Assembly: GCA_951406725.2 (NCBI GenBank)
Contig: OX597832.1
Span: 66,526,001 to 66,590,000 of the forward strand
Length of the DNA stretch: 64,000 nucleotides
Source: Octopus vulgaris
Taxonomy: Eukaryota
Direction: 5' to 3'
Shown: piece by piece, positions 13,025-26,545 of the stretch
Position numbering within the stretch: position 1 is the first letter of the stretch
How the letters are laid out: the number at the start of each line of letters is the position of its first letter
Translations under genes and position numbers: made by a program
Notes under the pieces: generated by a model
The model's input: the letters and a program-made list of their open reading frames with translations, nothing else
Databases searched by the model: none
Told to the model about the DNA's origin: nothing

Positions 13025-13257
13025 AAGGCGGCGAGCTGTCAGAAACGTTAACACGCCGAGCAAAATGCGTAGCTGTATTTCATCTGCCGTTACGTTCTGA
13101 GTTCAAATTCCGCCGAGGTCGAATTTACCTTTCATTCTTTCGGGGTCAATAAATTAAGTACCAGTTATGCACTGGGGTCGGCATAATCGACTTAATCCGT
13201 TTGCTTGTCCTTGTTTGTCCCCTCTGTGTTTAGCCCCTTGTGGGTAGTAAAGAAATA
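13025..13257 (+). mobile_element. SINE (family B)
   Basis: AAGGCGGCGAGCTG..GAGTTCAAATTCC (B-box-like)..CCTTTCATTCTTTCGGGGTC..AATTAAGTACCAG; matches 4038-4250. Confidence 0.85.
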
Positions 13258-13549
13258 TATAATCTTTTTTCAAATGCGACAAGTTTAAGTCATATATCAT
13301 GGATCCCATCATATTCATATTCTAACTAAAATTCTAACGTGCAGCATCTGCGAATTATACAAAAACATAGCTGCAAATTTGTAAGTGGATTATTTGTAAA
13401 ATTTCGTTTCAAATTTCAGTTTCATTATTAAGTCTAGTAATGTTGGTGTCTCATAGTAATAATTATCTAAACCAATTGTAATTGGTGTCGATAATTTAGA
13501 ATTGCCGAATATGAATAACAGGATTTGCCTTTGTAATTAAATGACGCAG

Positions 13550-14300
13550 CCTTTCCAATGATGTACGTACAGAAACTAAAACAAGCTCAAACAAAGTGGA
13601 TTAACATTCGGAAGCACTAAATCTAAGGCGAATAATATTGTAAATGTGATCAGTAAATCAATATACAAGTAATATAATGTGACGTGTACTTTTGCCAATG
13701 ATGTATATTCGAGTTACAAATGCTGTAGAGTATCTCTGTAAAATTTCCAGGCTGCTCTGCTGAGATTTGAAATGGGAAACAGCCTACATACTCCAGTGAG
13801 TAATATCATTTGCGACATATTATGCAATACTACCCGTGCGCTACTGCTCTCACGCTCGTCTTCGACTCAATGCAACTGGTTAACTGTCCTTGGAATGGCT
13901 GATTCAAACACGTCAAATGTACTCATGAATTGAAGGCTACTCATTTTCCATGTAGCTTTTCTATTTCTACAACTCGAAACTCTCTACTTGTATGATGCCC
14001 TTTTTCGAGTGAAAACAACTCATTCGTCTCGCTTTCTCACGTCTTTCATATTGTGTTTAACTTCAAGAGTTGTGCTTGATTTTACTATTTGTAAACTTGT
14101 GGTAATTGATGCAGAAGGATAACTACATCGATTTCACCATTGAAGAAGCTCCTGCAATGTCCAAGGACAACCAACATACTCTGTAACACTCTGAAACAAA
14201 CCATGAAAAAGAAAAAAAGAAAAATGAATTTATATTCCATAGTAACAAGGATCTTAAGCCTTGAAATATTTTTTAGCATGATATAGGTTTCTTAAAGGGT
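13550..14300 (-). pseudogene. Very old LTR-retrotransposon (Gypsy-like) RT/RNase H remnant
   Basis: Minus-strand fragments QRYST (13738-13724) and FTDH (13657-13646) in the order of the Gypsy RNase H motifs RYST..ELLA..FTDHKPL; no continuous ORF. Confidence 0.35.
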
Positions 14301-17300
14301 TTCTTGATTTCATCTACGCGACTCCTTTAATTGAGTCGCTCATGAAGATAATTACACTCTACAAAAACGTACATGAAAGATTGTAGGTAAAATTATATCG
14401 AATTTGTAATAGTGTGATTGTTATAATGTTGCCGTCGGCACTGTAATATTTTTGTTGCCACCAACATGTGGCAGTATTACGCGTCATATTATCTTTAACT
14501 CGTGTCTGGTGCTATCGCTGATAGCTCTGCAAGATAACGACCTTGTCACGTCTAACTTGGCGGTAACTCGAACTGGTATGCAACATGTAACTGACACCAA
14601 CTCCAACTGAGAACTCTATTACTAACCTCCTGCAACGACTAAGTGTCTGACGTCTGACTTTAAATTGACTGACTCATACCACTTTGTCACGTGGGAAGGA
14701 GTGTACAATTTTCACTACATTAATGATGCCACTGGATGAGAAATAGTTCCCATCATACACTCTAATAATTTCCTGAGAACATTAATCTATTTATTTGATC
14801 CCAATTTACAGTTTTTTTTATCGTACATGTCATATATTTTTGAATGAATAATTATGACTGAAACTTGTGGTTTTATGAAATTATCAACCATATCAGCTTT
14901 ACTTTGTGAGGGAACTATTACGTATTTGCAACTGGGGCATCAAACTCGAATACTGTGAATTGTAACGAATCAACTATTCAATTCCCATATTTATTCATGT
15001 ATTTCTGTAAAGGGATAATATCCACTCAATCATTTATCAGAGGATATAAAGTGATGCTAATGAACGGTTTGCGTTTCTAATGAATTATACATGTACTGTC
15101 TATTGTTCATACTTGTCACATCTGCAATGTTTCTCTTGATAAACTGCAAAGGCTAGTATTAGCATTGAAAAATAAATAGAAAGAAGAATTGTTATTGTGG
15201 TTCGCTGTTTGCAAATGTGAAATAAAACTTGTCTACTTTATTTTGATCACGATATTATTAATTTAGATAAAATCTAAAAGTAGATGATGGATGTTCTATT
15301 TAGGTTTATCGCATCAGGATTATTGCTGCAGAATTAGTAATCAAAATTAGCTGTAAACCGTTGTGTTTTTTTCCATAAATGCTGCAATATGATCCAATAA
15401 GGATAATTTCTAACAATGGTACAACGCTAATTTACTTGTGAGGAATACACAGTTGAAGATACCGAAAACCACAACTTAACTGATGACGTTTTTCCTCGAG
15501 CCACAAATATGAAAGCAACTTCGAATTGAGCCGGGTGTGAACAGAAAACATAAAGGCATGCAAGTAAATATATAAGACGATTTTGCCCGTTGGTGTTCTT
15601 ATGTACATCTATCATGTTATTGTGAAATGAAAAATAAGTTATCTCAAAACAGTCATAGAAGGCAATATTATTGTCTGTCAGAAAAGGTATTTGTATTCAG
15701 GTATCTAAGATAGAATATAATATAGATTCAGAATCATTGCATTTGCCAGCATTAACTCCAAACATACATATCACATGAAATATGCGACCTATTCCTGCTA
15801 TCAAACATATGTTTCAATGTTTCCAATAAGTATTTGATAGGTTTCAATGAATGTGGTTTACTGTACCTTCGCAAACCCTACGAAAATATTTGATCCAGAC
15901 GGAAAGTGTGCCATCATTGCTTTCTTTATATTGATTGTCTTCCCTTTTTGTTCATTTCCACAATAATTTGCCGAACACCTTCCCCGTCAAAAAAAAAAAG
16001 AACACCACACTTCATTAAAATGCAAAACAAAAACAAATGAGTATTTTCTGAAAATTGGTAGATTCGTACCACACAATGAGGAAAGTTGTATACTCAATAT
16101 TAGAGCTCAACACTATACAAACCGCTTTTGTTGCTATGCTACTAGGTTCAGAAACGATATTATTGAACTTGCTTTACATCCATACGCAAAAATGAACAAC
16201 TGATTGCTTAAGCTAAATTTATTTAGCACCAATGCTGCAGATAAAATGTACACCAGTATTTAGAACAGTTGTATAATATCTGAGTTCAAATCACATTAAA
16301 ACCGTGAGATAGTAAAAGTACACGTTAAAAGAATGTAGAAAGACTAGTCCTATATTTCCAGGTTTACTTCTTGTTTCTGAAATTATATCACTGTCTAAAT
16401 ATCGTAGAGCCAGTCATTAAGTCGATAATTTATTGAAGTGCAGACAATAATTCTAGAGATGACTCTATAATTAAGGAATATGTCCTTAATTTATATGACA
16501 ATTCTTGTCTTGCTACGGAAAGGTATTTTTAACAGTCTGCATCCAGAACGTCTTCGCATATACTTAGCGCCACGTTAACATTGACTCCCGTTACTATTTC
16601 TGAATATATAAGACCAAATTAGTGTCCAGTGAAATTGCTTTCCCCTCCAAACATCACATCAATTAAGAGATTGGCAGCCATCGATGGAAGAGAAATCTGA
16701 GGTACTACATCGAAGCAGCTAACTCATAAATTATAACCATGAAGAGGGCATTGAGGTTCTAAGTGTGCCTCTGAATTCATAGCATTCTTTTCGAGATTGA
16801 AAGAATGAAAAAGGCATTGTATTGTAAATGTTTGGGGAGAAGTTTAGTCAAGGTCATAGCTGACTAGGAGCAAGAAGAAACATTAAAACATAACGAAAAA
16901 ACAATTGCATCAGGAAAACAAACTTGCAAATGAACCATATTTTGGGTTCCGAAATCATATTCATTTCAGTATTCTACTTATTTGAAACGTGACTTGAACA
17001 CAGACTGTATGTCGAAGCCGAAACTGTTATATCACTGAAAAATCATCTCAGACCTTTAAGAATGCGAAATGTGTTACATTCACTTTCCTACTTTTTCATC
17101 TGCTACCTGTATAGTAACGCAATTCCACTGCAAAAAGTATGTCAGAGATAAAATACCCTAACAGCTAACTGTCTCCACATTGTCTAAATATTTATAGAAT
17201 ATCTGATTAATTATTCGAAAGTTAATTTGTCTTTCATGACTGATAAACTGAATTTGATGCATAGCCACTAGCATCGTAAGGGGTTCGGTTTTAGTAAGAG

Positions 17301-17526
17301 AAAATCCTGACATTGTCATTCTGTTAATCAATATAATTTTTGTCTCGATATCATATATTATTGTTTTCTAATTATGACACACCTAAATTTCATAAATATA
17401 CAGTGAAGAAGCATATTCGAGTCGATGTGGTTCATTACATAACTGTCACTATTATTTTATCAATAATTAGGAAATGTAAATTTAGATTCAAGTCATTTTG
17501 GACCGAAAAGATGAGTGATATAATCA

Positions 17527-17880
17527 TGGTTGTGTGGTGAATAAGCACGCTTCTCAACCACCTGCTTCCGAAACCGAACCCCTAGGCGGCAGCTTGGACG
17601 AATTCTTCTTAATATGGCCCCAGGTTACAATAAAAATATGGAAGCAAGTGTGTGTGTGTGTGTGCGTGTATTCGTATGTTTTTGTCTTTGTGACCCTACC
17701 ATAACTTGACAACTAGCAATTGTTTATGTCTACGTAACCTAGGATTCGTTAAATGAAAGTTATATAAAAGTAAACAGTTAAGTACTAGAGTTGAATTGTT
17801 CAACAACACGCTTCAAGACGGATTCCTATCACAGCTGCAGTCCAATGACTGAATGTAGTACAAGATGAAAGAGAAAGAAA
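17527..17880 (+). mobile_element. Diverged SINE (family A)
   Basis: ATGGTTGTGTGGTGAATAAG..CAACCAC..(TG)n..AAGTACTAGAG..GCAGTCCAATGACTGAA; colinear with the 19999 copy. Confidence 0.7.
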
Positions 17881-18341
17881 AGTACTTATGAATAAATGTA
17901 TCTAATGTTATAAGCTGATGAGCGATAGGAATTATGAGAGTAAGAGCATGAAAAGCTTAACTATATCACAGGAATATATTTAAATACATCGTCCCTCAGA
18001 TTATTCCATCGCTAAATTATATTTGTTCAATTTTATTTTATGTAAAGCATAAAATGAAATATATCCATCTAATTCTGCATAAGTGATAAGTCTAAAACTG
18101 ACTTTTTTAAAACCGGAACAGTCGATCTCGTTTAATTTATAGTCCAGACAAACCATACTCTCACACATTTAAACATTTCATCTCTTAATATAAATCTGAT
18201 ATGTATTGCAGTTGATTGCTTCATTATATTTTGTGGTGATAAAGTAAATTACATAAAAAGGATAGCAAACATACAGATAGATTTGGGAAAATGCCGTACA
18301 CAATTTCGACTAAATACCTCTCTCTCTCTCTCTCTGCTTAC

Positions 18342-18388
18342 CTAATGCTCTATACGAAATAAAATCAATAAACGTATTGTATTCCCGT
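18342..18388 (-). CDS. Candidate 47-nt coding exon of an unidentified minus-strand gene
   Basis: Acceptor ttcaaatttcAG, donor TAG|gtaagc; phase 2 to phase 1, reads (R)REYNTFIDFISYRAL(G); in frame with the 37153-37189 exon. Confidence 0.6.
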
Positions 18389-19648
18389 CTGAAATTTGAA
18401 GTCAACGTTGAGATTATATTCCTGTAGAGATTGCACTTCAATATATTACCATTTGTTTGATCTGAATGTTTGAATTTAATTTCATCTATTCATTCACATG
18501 AGCTCAGATCCGTTTCATTACAAATATACTTGTAAAGTTTTTTCCTATATTTGCTACCAGCAATATTCCGATTTTTTTCTTTCGTTTTTTGAATAATGAT
18601 CCACATTTGCTTGCGAATGCGACTCTTTTACAAAGGGGCTTCACTGCGAAGAGATGATTATCTCTACAACGTTGAATAAATGAACTTTCTAACTTATTCA
18701 TTAAATAATAGAACTGTAATAAATAACTCGGCATTTCATTTTGCGATTCAAAACTACTACCATGGTTTCTAAATACATACAGAAAATAGACACAATACCA
18801 ACTTGCAATAAAAGCATATACAAAACCCCTCTAGTGCTATGACAATATTGTTAGCTTCTCGAAATATTTCCCTGCATGATTTATAGAAAATAATATTTAT
18901 TAGATATTTAAAAACAAATTCGATTTTTCATATGAAATGGATAAAATTTATTACAAACTTCAAATCTATACATACTTTTTTGAAAATTTCTTTTCATATA
19001 TGTTTGTCTATAAATAATATTTTCCAAAGACACATATTGTTTAATGTAACTGGGAATTAGATTTAGTAAAAGAATAATAAATCATATTTTATATGGCAAA
19101 TATTCATTTTAGGGCCCTAATATATTTGGGAAGGGATATATTAGATAATCGAACAAGATTGTTTGATATAAATAAACGAGTATACATTTTTATTACGAAA
19201 AGCACACAGACAATCAGAAGCAGATATGGAAACGTACACACTCATCATATATAAAGCAGTGATGACATAGACATGGGAGGCTCTCATTGTATTATACGAA
19301 TACACAGATATAGATATGTGTGTGAGTGTGTATGTGTCTGTTTGTTTGTGCTACTGTCTGTATGAATATACAAGTACATACACACCAAAACACATGGACA
19401 TTCAGTGTTAAGAAATGCGGAATAATAAACATATAGCTGAAATATTTAATGTTATTTTGTCTAAATAGAGACGTTGCTCTGAAAGACACTACAACACCGA
19501 AGATAAATCGAACTTCTAATTGAGAAGTTCACACCACGTAGCCTTTCAACGGCAAATACAGCTCTCGTCGAAATGGATTTCACGAATATATGGCAATATA
19601 TTTATGTATAATCTAGATATTTCCGTTAACCTTGAACCCCCATTCACA

Positions 19649-19696
<48 letters not shown>

Positions 19697-19849
19697 TGAT
19701 TGATTGATTCCAGTTTCAGCTTATGAGCTGTGGCCATGCTGATATATATATATATACTATAAAATATATACTATAAAATTTATACTATAAAATTGGATTT
19801 AATCCTAAATCTCATTTTTCCCCGTAAGTTTGGATTTATACCCTAATAT

Positions 19850-19887
<38 letters not shown>

Positions 19888-19998
19888 ATGTGAGTGTGTG
19901 TGGGTATATATAAAATTATCACTTATATATATGTATATATTTATATATGATATAGATATATGTGAATGACTATGTATACATGTAAACATGTATAAAAT

Positions 19999-20392
19999 GA
20001 GTGGCTGTGTGGTAAGTAGCTTGCTTACCAACTACATGGTTCCGGGTTCAGTCCCACTGTGTGGCACCTTGGGCAAGTTTCTTCTACTATAGCCTCGGGC
20101 CGATCAAAGCCTTGTGAGTGGATTTAGTAGACGGAAACTGAAAGAAGCCCGTCGTATATATGTATATATATGTCTGCGTGTATGTTTGTGTGTCTGTGTT
20201 TGTCCCCTTAGCATTGCTTCACAACCGATGCTGGTGTGTCTATGTCCCCGTCACTTAGCGGTTCGGCAAAAAGGGACCGATAGAATAAATACTGAGCTTA
20301 CAAAGAATAAGTCCCGGGGTCGGTCGAGTTGCTCGATTAAAGGCGGTGCTCCAGCATGGCCGCAGTCAAATGACTGAAAAAAGTAAAAGAGT
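19999..20392 (+). mobile_element. tRNA-derived SINE (family A), well preserved
   Basis: GAGTGGCTGTGTGGTAAGTAGC..GGTTCAGTCCCAC head; 3' end GGCGGTGCTCCAGCATGGCCGCAGTCAAATGACTGAAA. Confidence 0.9.
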
Positions 20393-20393
20393 A

Positions 20394-20424
<31 letters not shown>

Positions 20425-20704
20425 TCAACAATTGAGGGTAAAATTAATTAATTATTAATCAATTTCACCAAGTATTCAGTATGTAAAGGGACCATTATAG
20501 GCGAATTCAAAATATTACATTATATATAAGGGCTTAGTAAAATAAATTACTTTGCCACATACTGAACTCATTAGAAATAGCAGCTAAAGAAATTTCTTCA
20601 GCTATTTCTAATACTTAAAGAAGATCTCTCTCAGATAGTGTTTGCCTAAACCAGCTCACAAAAGTATGGGGGAAAAAACATTAAAAAATCAAGTGCAAAG
20701 GTTA

Positions 20705-20760
20705 TTTGAGAACGTACGTTTCTAGATTAGTCAATTCGACATTTCTTTCTTCAGCTCAGA
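20705..20760 (-). ncRNA. Minimal type-I hammerhead ribozyme, copy 1
   Basis: RNA UCUGAG CUGAAGA [stem II AGA..GUC-GAAUU-GAC..UCU] GAAA C-GUAC-G UU^CUCAAA; stem I UGAG/CUCA; palindromic stem-loop III. Confidence 0.7.
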
Positions 20761-21261
20761 ATTCCTTGAATCGGATTTGGGAACACTGAAAGTCGGGAGC
20801 ATACCCTTTCGGCTTCTAATCACCTCTAGAATTCTGCTCGAACTAAAAGTGCTATCAAATTCGAATATGCAAGCGAAGAATTTCTGCTCTCCCCTTTCCA
20901 CCAGCGTGGGTTAAAATTGACAAACACCATGTATTAACGGTGAAAACCGCAGCATTTAGCAGAGAGAGATGAATTATAATTTCAACAATTGAGGGTAAAA
21001 TGAATTAATTATTAATCAATTTCACCAAGTATTCAGTATGTAAAGGGACCATTATAGGCGAATTCAAAATATTACATTATATATAAGGGCTTAGTAAAAT
21101 AAATTACTTTGCCATATACTGAACTCATTAGAAATAGCAGCTAAAGAAATTTCTTCAGCTATTTCTAATACTTAAAGAAGATCTCTCTCAGATAGTGTTT
21201 GCCTAAACCAGCTCACAAAAGTATGGGGGAAAAAACATTAAAAAATCAAGTGCAAAGGTTA

Positions 21262-21317
21262 TTTGAGAACGTACGTTTCTAGATTAGTCAATTCGACATT
21301 TCTTTCTTCAGCTCAGA
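21262..21317 (-). ncRNA. Minimal type-I hammerhead ribozyme, copy 2
   Basis: Identical to 20705-20760, 557 nt away. Confidence 0.7.
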
Positions 21318-21673
21318 ATTCCTTAAATCGGATTTGGGAACACTGAAAGTCGGGAGCATACCCTTTCGGCTTCTAATCACCTCTAGAATTCTGCTCGAAC
21401 TAAAAGTGTTATCAAATTCGAATATGCAAGCGAAGAATTTCTGCTCTCCCCTTTCCACCAGCGTGGGTTAAAATTGACAAACACCATGTATTTAATGTTT
21501 TTTCCCCCATGCTTTTGTGAGCTGGTTTAGGCAAACGCTATCTGAGAGAGATCTTCTTTAAGTATTAGAAATAGCTGAAGAAATTTCTTTAGCTGCTATT
21601 TCTAATGAGTTCAGTATATGGCAAATTAATTTATTTTACTAAGCCCTTATATATAATATATATATATATATAG

Positions 21674-21707
<34 letters not shown>

Positions 21708-21926
21708 GTGTGTGTGTACATACAAACATATATATATATATATATATATGCATATTGTATGCATGTCTACATGTATACCTAATCATACACATATATGTCT
21801 ATATCAAATATATATATATAAAACTCAACTTGTGTGTCTGTGTGTGCATCTGTGTGTGTGTCTGTGTGTTTAACTTTTGGATCTACCAAGTTTCATTATT
21901 AAGGATAGAAAGTAGTGTGTTGCAAA

Positions 21927-22300
21927 TCTCTATATATAAAGTTGAAGTTGTCTAAGTGTGGTAGGTTTGGTAGCCTTCAACTAACACTATCTCCTTCGAG
22001 ACCCTGCAGCGCAAGTTGAGCAAAATTAAGAGTATGATAGAAGAAGGCTTGCTCTTCATTCGGACCTTGTTAATACCCAGAATTATTTACATCAAAAAGG
22101 TCCTTTTTTTCTATGAAAGTCCCTATTTTTTACGATTTTTGACTGCTGTGTCACCATTTTTCGGTGTATTTCAACTGGAAAAATGTTGTTTAAATCCTAT
22201 TCACACTATTCGACCAGCTGATGTGAGCAAGCGACAATACGGCATTAGATTCACTTCAGAGACGCCTCTGTGTCTGTACAGTTTATAAAAATTATGAAAG
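21927..22300 (+). mobile_element. Probable Helitron 5' fragment
   Basis: A|TCTCTATATATAAAGTTGAAGTTGTCT start resembles the 5' ends at 59951 and 9061; no CTAG end found. Confidence 0.4.
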
Positions 22301-22486
22301 AAAATAGAATTCGCCTGACCTTATTCACTAAGACTTTTTCGATCCGTTGTGTATCGGTACGTCCTTGGGCTTGGAGATAATCTGCACCTACGATGCATCT
22401 AAGCTAAAAGGCACCGGTGCATAATGGGTCGAAATGATCGTAGGGAATAAAAAGTCTCGTGAATACCATTTTCTCTCACATATTTT

Positions 22487-22572
<86 letters not shown>

Positions 22573-22574
<2 letters not shown>

Positions 22575-23082
22575 ATCATTAATTAAAATCTTAGGGTAGC
22601 AAGAATATTCATCGAAAAATTCTTAGTTATCAGTGGTCTAGCGAGAAAGAAAAAAATAGTCAATAGACTATATATTATCCTAAGAAGAATACAGTGTACG
22701 TTCAAATACAAAAGGGATACCCGAAGAATAGGATATCTGACTCGCTAGAAAGAGCAGTTAAATCTCCAAGCCACTAATTTTTTATAATTCCGAAAGTGAT
22801 TGGAAAATCCTAGACCCTGCAAGATTTCTGCAGACTTAAATACAGACTGAAGTAAAATAATTTCAGTCTATATGTGGCACTGCTTTTTCAGTAGGTTGCC
22901 AGGACTAACCACATAGGCACGGAGCGATAAATAACCCGCCAGGTGACTACAGACTCTAATTTCTAGGATTAAGGTAAAAGTTTTATTTTCCAATCACTTT
23001 CGGAATTACAACAATTGGTGGCTTGGAGTTTTAACTGCTCTTTCTAGCGAGTCAGATATCCTATTCTTCGGGTATCTCTTTT

Positions 23083-23086
<4 letters not shown>
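22573..23086 (-). mobile_element. Fold-back pLTR-like element within (TA)n, carrying a mutated hammerhead (22809-22895)
   Basis: Inverted repeats about 22710-22808 / 22985-23082; minus strand CCUA CUGAAAA [GCAG..long hairpin..CUGC] GAAA UCUUGCAGGG UC^UAGG. Confidence 0.65.
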
Positions 23087-23158
<72 letters not shown>

Positions 23159-23161
<3 letters not shown>

Positions 23162-24730
23162 TCCCGGGTTGACTCGGGGTTAACCACAGTCAATAAGGTA
23201 CTCAATACATAGCAGAGTAAATTAATTTATTTTATAGAAGGAGCTTCTACAGGACTAGAACTGTTTCATTCAAAAGAAATCATCAGGAAGCTAGTAGACA
23301 AGAGTTGTTTTAGTATTTATACATTTAGGCAGGTTTAAATGGGTGGTGGTGGGGGACTTTTTTGGGGGGTAGGCATGGCGCAAAACTGTCATTATAAGGG
23401 GAGTGGTCAAAGGAATCGTTGGTAAAGTAGATAATAGAATAAATAAAAGAATAAAAAAATAAAATAAAAAGATAAAAAGATATAAATAGAAAAATAGGGT
23501 ATTAGGTAAGTAGGGAGACTCTCACTTGTACATCTACATATATATATATACACATATATACACCCGCATATTCACATATATCTATACATATACATACATA
23601 CCCACATATACATACATATATATATATACATACATACACATACATATACATATATATATACATACATATACATACATACATACACATACCAATGTACGTA
23701 CACACAGATACACATATACACACATATACATACATATATGTATACCCACTCGCACAAATATATACAAATGCATATACATGCACACACATACACACACATT
23801 TTTATTCTCTTATTTTAATTTTATTATTACTGCTTTTTGTTTATATCTTTATTTTTAATTTTATCTTGACCGGTCAATCGGTCTCAAGGGACGATCTAAA
23901 GATTCCGTTTATCTGTCTACTTACCTATACGAAGAACGCAGGCACTCACTCACGCCCACACACTCACACGTACACACACGTACGTGTTATATTCATACAC
24001 GCATACATCTACATACATTCACGTATATTCACATACACGCATACACATACATACCTCAACACACTCACAGAAGACTAGTCCATACATATACACTAATTAA
24101 TATATATACACATATACATATACACATACATACACATACATACACATACATACACATATACATATACATATATACATATATACTCATATACATATACATA
24201 CACATATACACTCATGCATATATACACACACACATACATATACATATACATATGCATATATATATATATATATAAAACGGGATACATGCATACTCAACTA
24301 ATAATAATAATAATAATAATGATGATAATAATAATAATAAAAATAATAAATATATATACGTGCAGTTACCCATTTTACAAACGGATACATACATATAAAC
24401 ATACCCATATATACCTATTTACACATATATATATATGTATATGTATGTATATATATATATGTATATGTGTGTATATATATGTATATATATATGTATATAT
24501 ATGTGTATATATATATATATGTATATATATATGTGTACGCTCGTGTGTTTAGGTATATGTAAGTATGTAGAGTTGTGTGTATGTGTATGTATGTATATAT
24601 ATATATATATATATATGTGAAGATGGGTATATACGTGTATGCTTATATGTATGTTTCCGACTGTACAAAGGGTAACTGCATGTGTATATATATCTATTAT
24701 TTATTATTCATTATTTATTACACGAGTATG
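23159..24730 (-). mobile_element. Penelope-like remnant starting at a (TA)n junction, with low-complexity body
   Basis: 23159-23292 is nearly identical to 30637-30771; diverged inverted pair 24361-24428 / 24613-24680. Right boundary uncertain. Confidence 0.55.
23242..23292 (-). ncRNA. Type-I hammerhead ribozyme with canonical core
   Basis: RNA AGCUUC CUGAUGA UUUC-UUUU-GAAU GAAA CAG-UUCUAGUC-CUG UA^GAAGCU: 6-bp stem I, full CUGAUGA/GAAA core, 3-bp stems II and III, GUA cleavage triplet. Confidence 0.85.
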
Positions 24731-25140
24731 CGTTTGTATGCATGTATGTATTTATGTATATAAGAAGGCGCGTGAGTGTGTGTATGTGTATGCATTTGTA
24801 TAAACATATGTATACATTTATGCATGTATGTGCTTGTGTGTATATATATGTGTGTATGTATGTATGTATATATATATATACACATATATATATATATGTG
24901 TATATGTGTGTGTGTATGTGTATATGTATATATATATATGTGTGTGTAATGTATATATAGATATATATATGTATATATATATATATATGTATATGTATGT
25001 GTATGTATGTGTATGTGTGTGTATGTGTATGTATGTATGTATATGTATGTGTATGTATGTGTAATGTGTGTGTATGTATGTGTATGTATGTGTATGTATG
25101 TATGTCTGTATATGTATATATATATGTATATGTATATATG

Positions 25141-25225
<85 letters not shown>

Positions 25226-26341
25226 ATATATATATATGTGTACAGAAATATCCTCTTACGGCTATCAGAGCACATTGTAATCAATTAGAAAGTAATGTAA
25301 TATGGAGTTTCCCTGTAACTAAAAATCCTGAATTTCCTATCGCTGAAAATATTTCATGTGCTACATGTAAACGATAAATTTAAAAGTTATGAAAGCTGAA
25401 TAGACCTTTACATAGCCAAGTGGCTTTCTTAAGGTTATGTAAGGAAATATGTTAGCACCAATATGTATGATCTGCATTATACAATGAAATTGGACAGTCA
25501 CAATTTGGTGCAAAGCAGGAAAGCTTGCTCGTCAAATCACCAACGCTTAGTGGTTGAACCAACAGTTCAGATTGAAATTTACTTACAATATATATTTTTG
25601 ATATATACTGTGTAAGGAAGGTTGAAATGGGCAAAATCTGATTAATTTGTTGAGTAAAAATAAAGATAGTTTGTACAGCTTCATATCAATTGAGTTAAAG
25701 GATTTGACACAATTTAAAAATTTGAATATCTTTAATATGAAATGAGAAAAATATGAACAGGGTCTGAAAATAGATAATACACATATTAAATAGCATAAAA
25801 ATATATAAAAATGTAAGTAGATGATATAAATTGATTTTTAACAAAAATAATGATGTAGATGGGTACATGTGTATCAAGACAATTCAAGTTTAATAATTAA
25901 TAATTAATTTAATAAAGACTGTGTGCTTTTTTGTCTGAGTGTATATATATATATATATATATATATTGTTATATTTATATATATGGTCATATTTCGGAAT
26001 GGTCATATTGCCAGTTTAGCCAATAAAAACACACGCACTATATATTTGGTGTTATTTTGCTTCAGTGATATTTAATTTTTACATTAATCTCAATCTTATT
26101 TCGGCCAAAGTTCTTTCGTCACTCTCCAGTGACCGCATCAGTGGTCCTTTGTTTTCTTCTCACCTATTTGTGTCTCTCCTTACTAACCGTCAGCCATTTT
26201 GTATTTCTATTGTATGTCTTCATTTGCGCATGCTTATATTTCTATGTGCGTCTATAAGGTTGTTGAAAAGCCAGGCAACCCTATCAAATCTATAATTGGT
26301 AGAACCTATCCTATTGCACTGTATGTAGATTTAGCCCACAA

Positions 26342-26545
26342 ACAAACTGTAAAGCCAGAAATGTAGTCTATAGTATAAGATGTATAGAGGGACGATGCAG
26401 TAACAAGACAGTAATGTACGTAGGGGAAACAGCAAGAAGCATAGGAGAGCGGGTGAATGAACATTGGAGACAACTCAAGGAAGGTAAAAGCTCATCGATT
26501 CTGTACCAACACGCCGAACAGGAACACGGGGGTAGTCTATTGTGA
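26342..26545 (+). pseudogene. GIY-YIG endonuclease fragment of a Penelope-like element
   Basis: Manual translation TNCKARNVVYSIRCIEGRCSNKTVMYVGETARSIGERVNEHWRQLKEGKSSSILYQHAEQEH fits the PLE pattern VVY..C..C..YVGET.R...R..EH. Confidence 0.85.

Larger units (their letters stand above)
20423..21657 (-). mobile_element. Non-coding Penelope pLTR/retrozyme-like element: 557-bp tandem unit plus inverted terminal segment, within (TA)n
   Basis: 20423-20935 recurs almost identically at 20980-21492 (offset 557); 21491-21657 is an inverted copy of about 20519-20685; TA tracts on both sides. Confidence 0.85.

Noticed and set aside
15380-17100. Unique-looking region with faint LINE- or Helitron-like words
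   Set aside because: No motif series could be reconstructed by eye; left unannotated.
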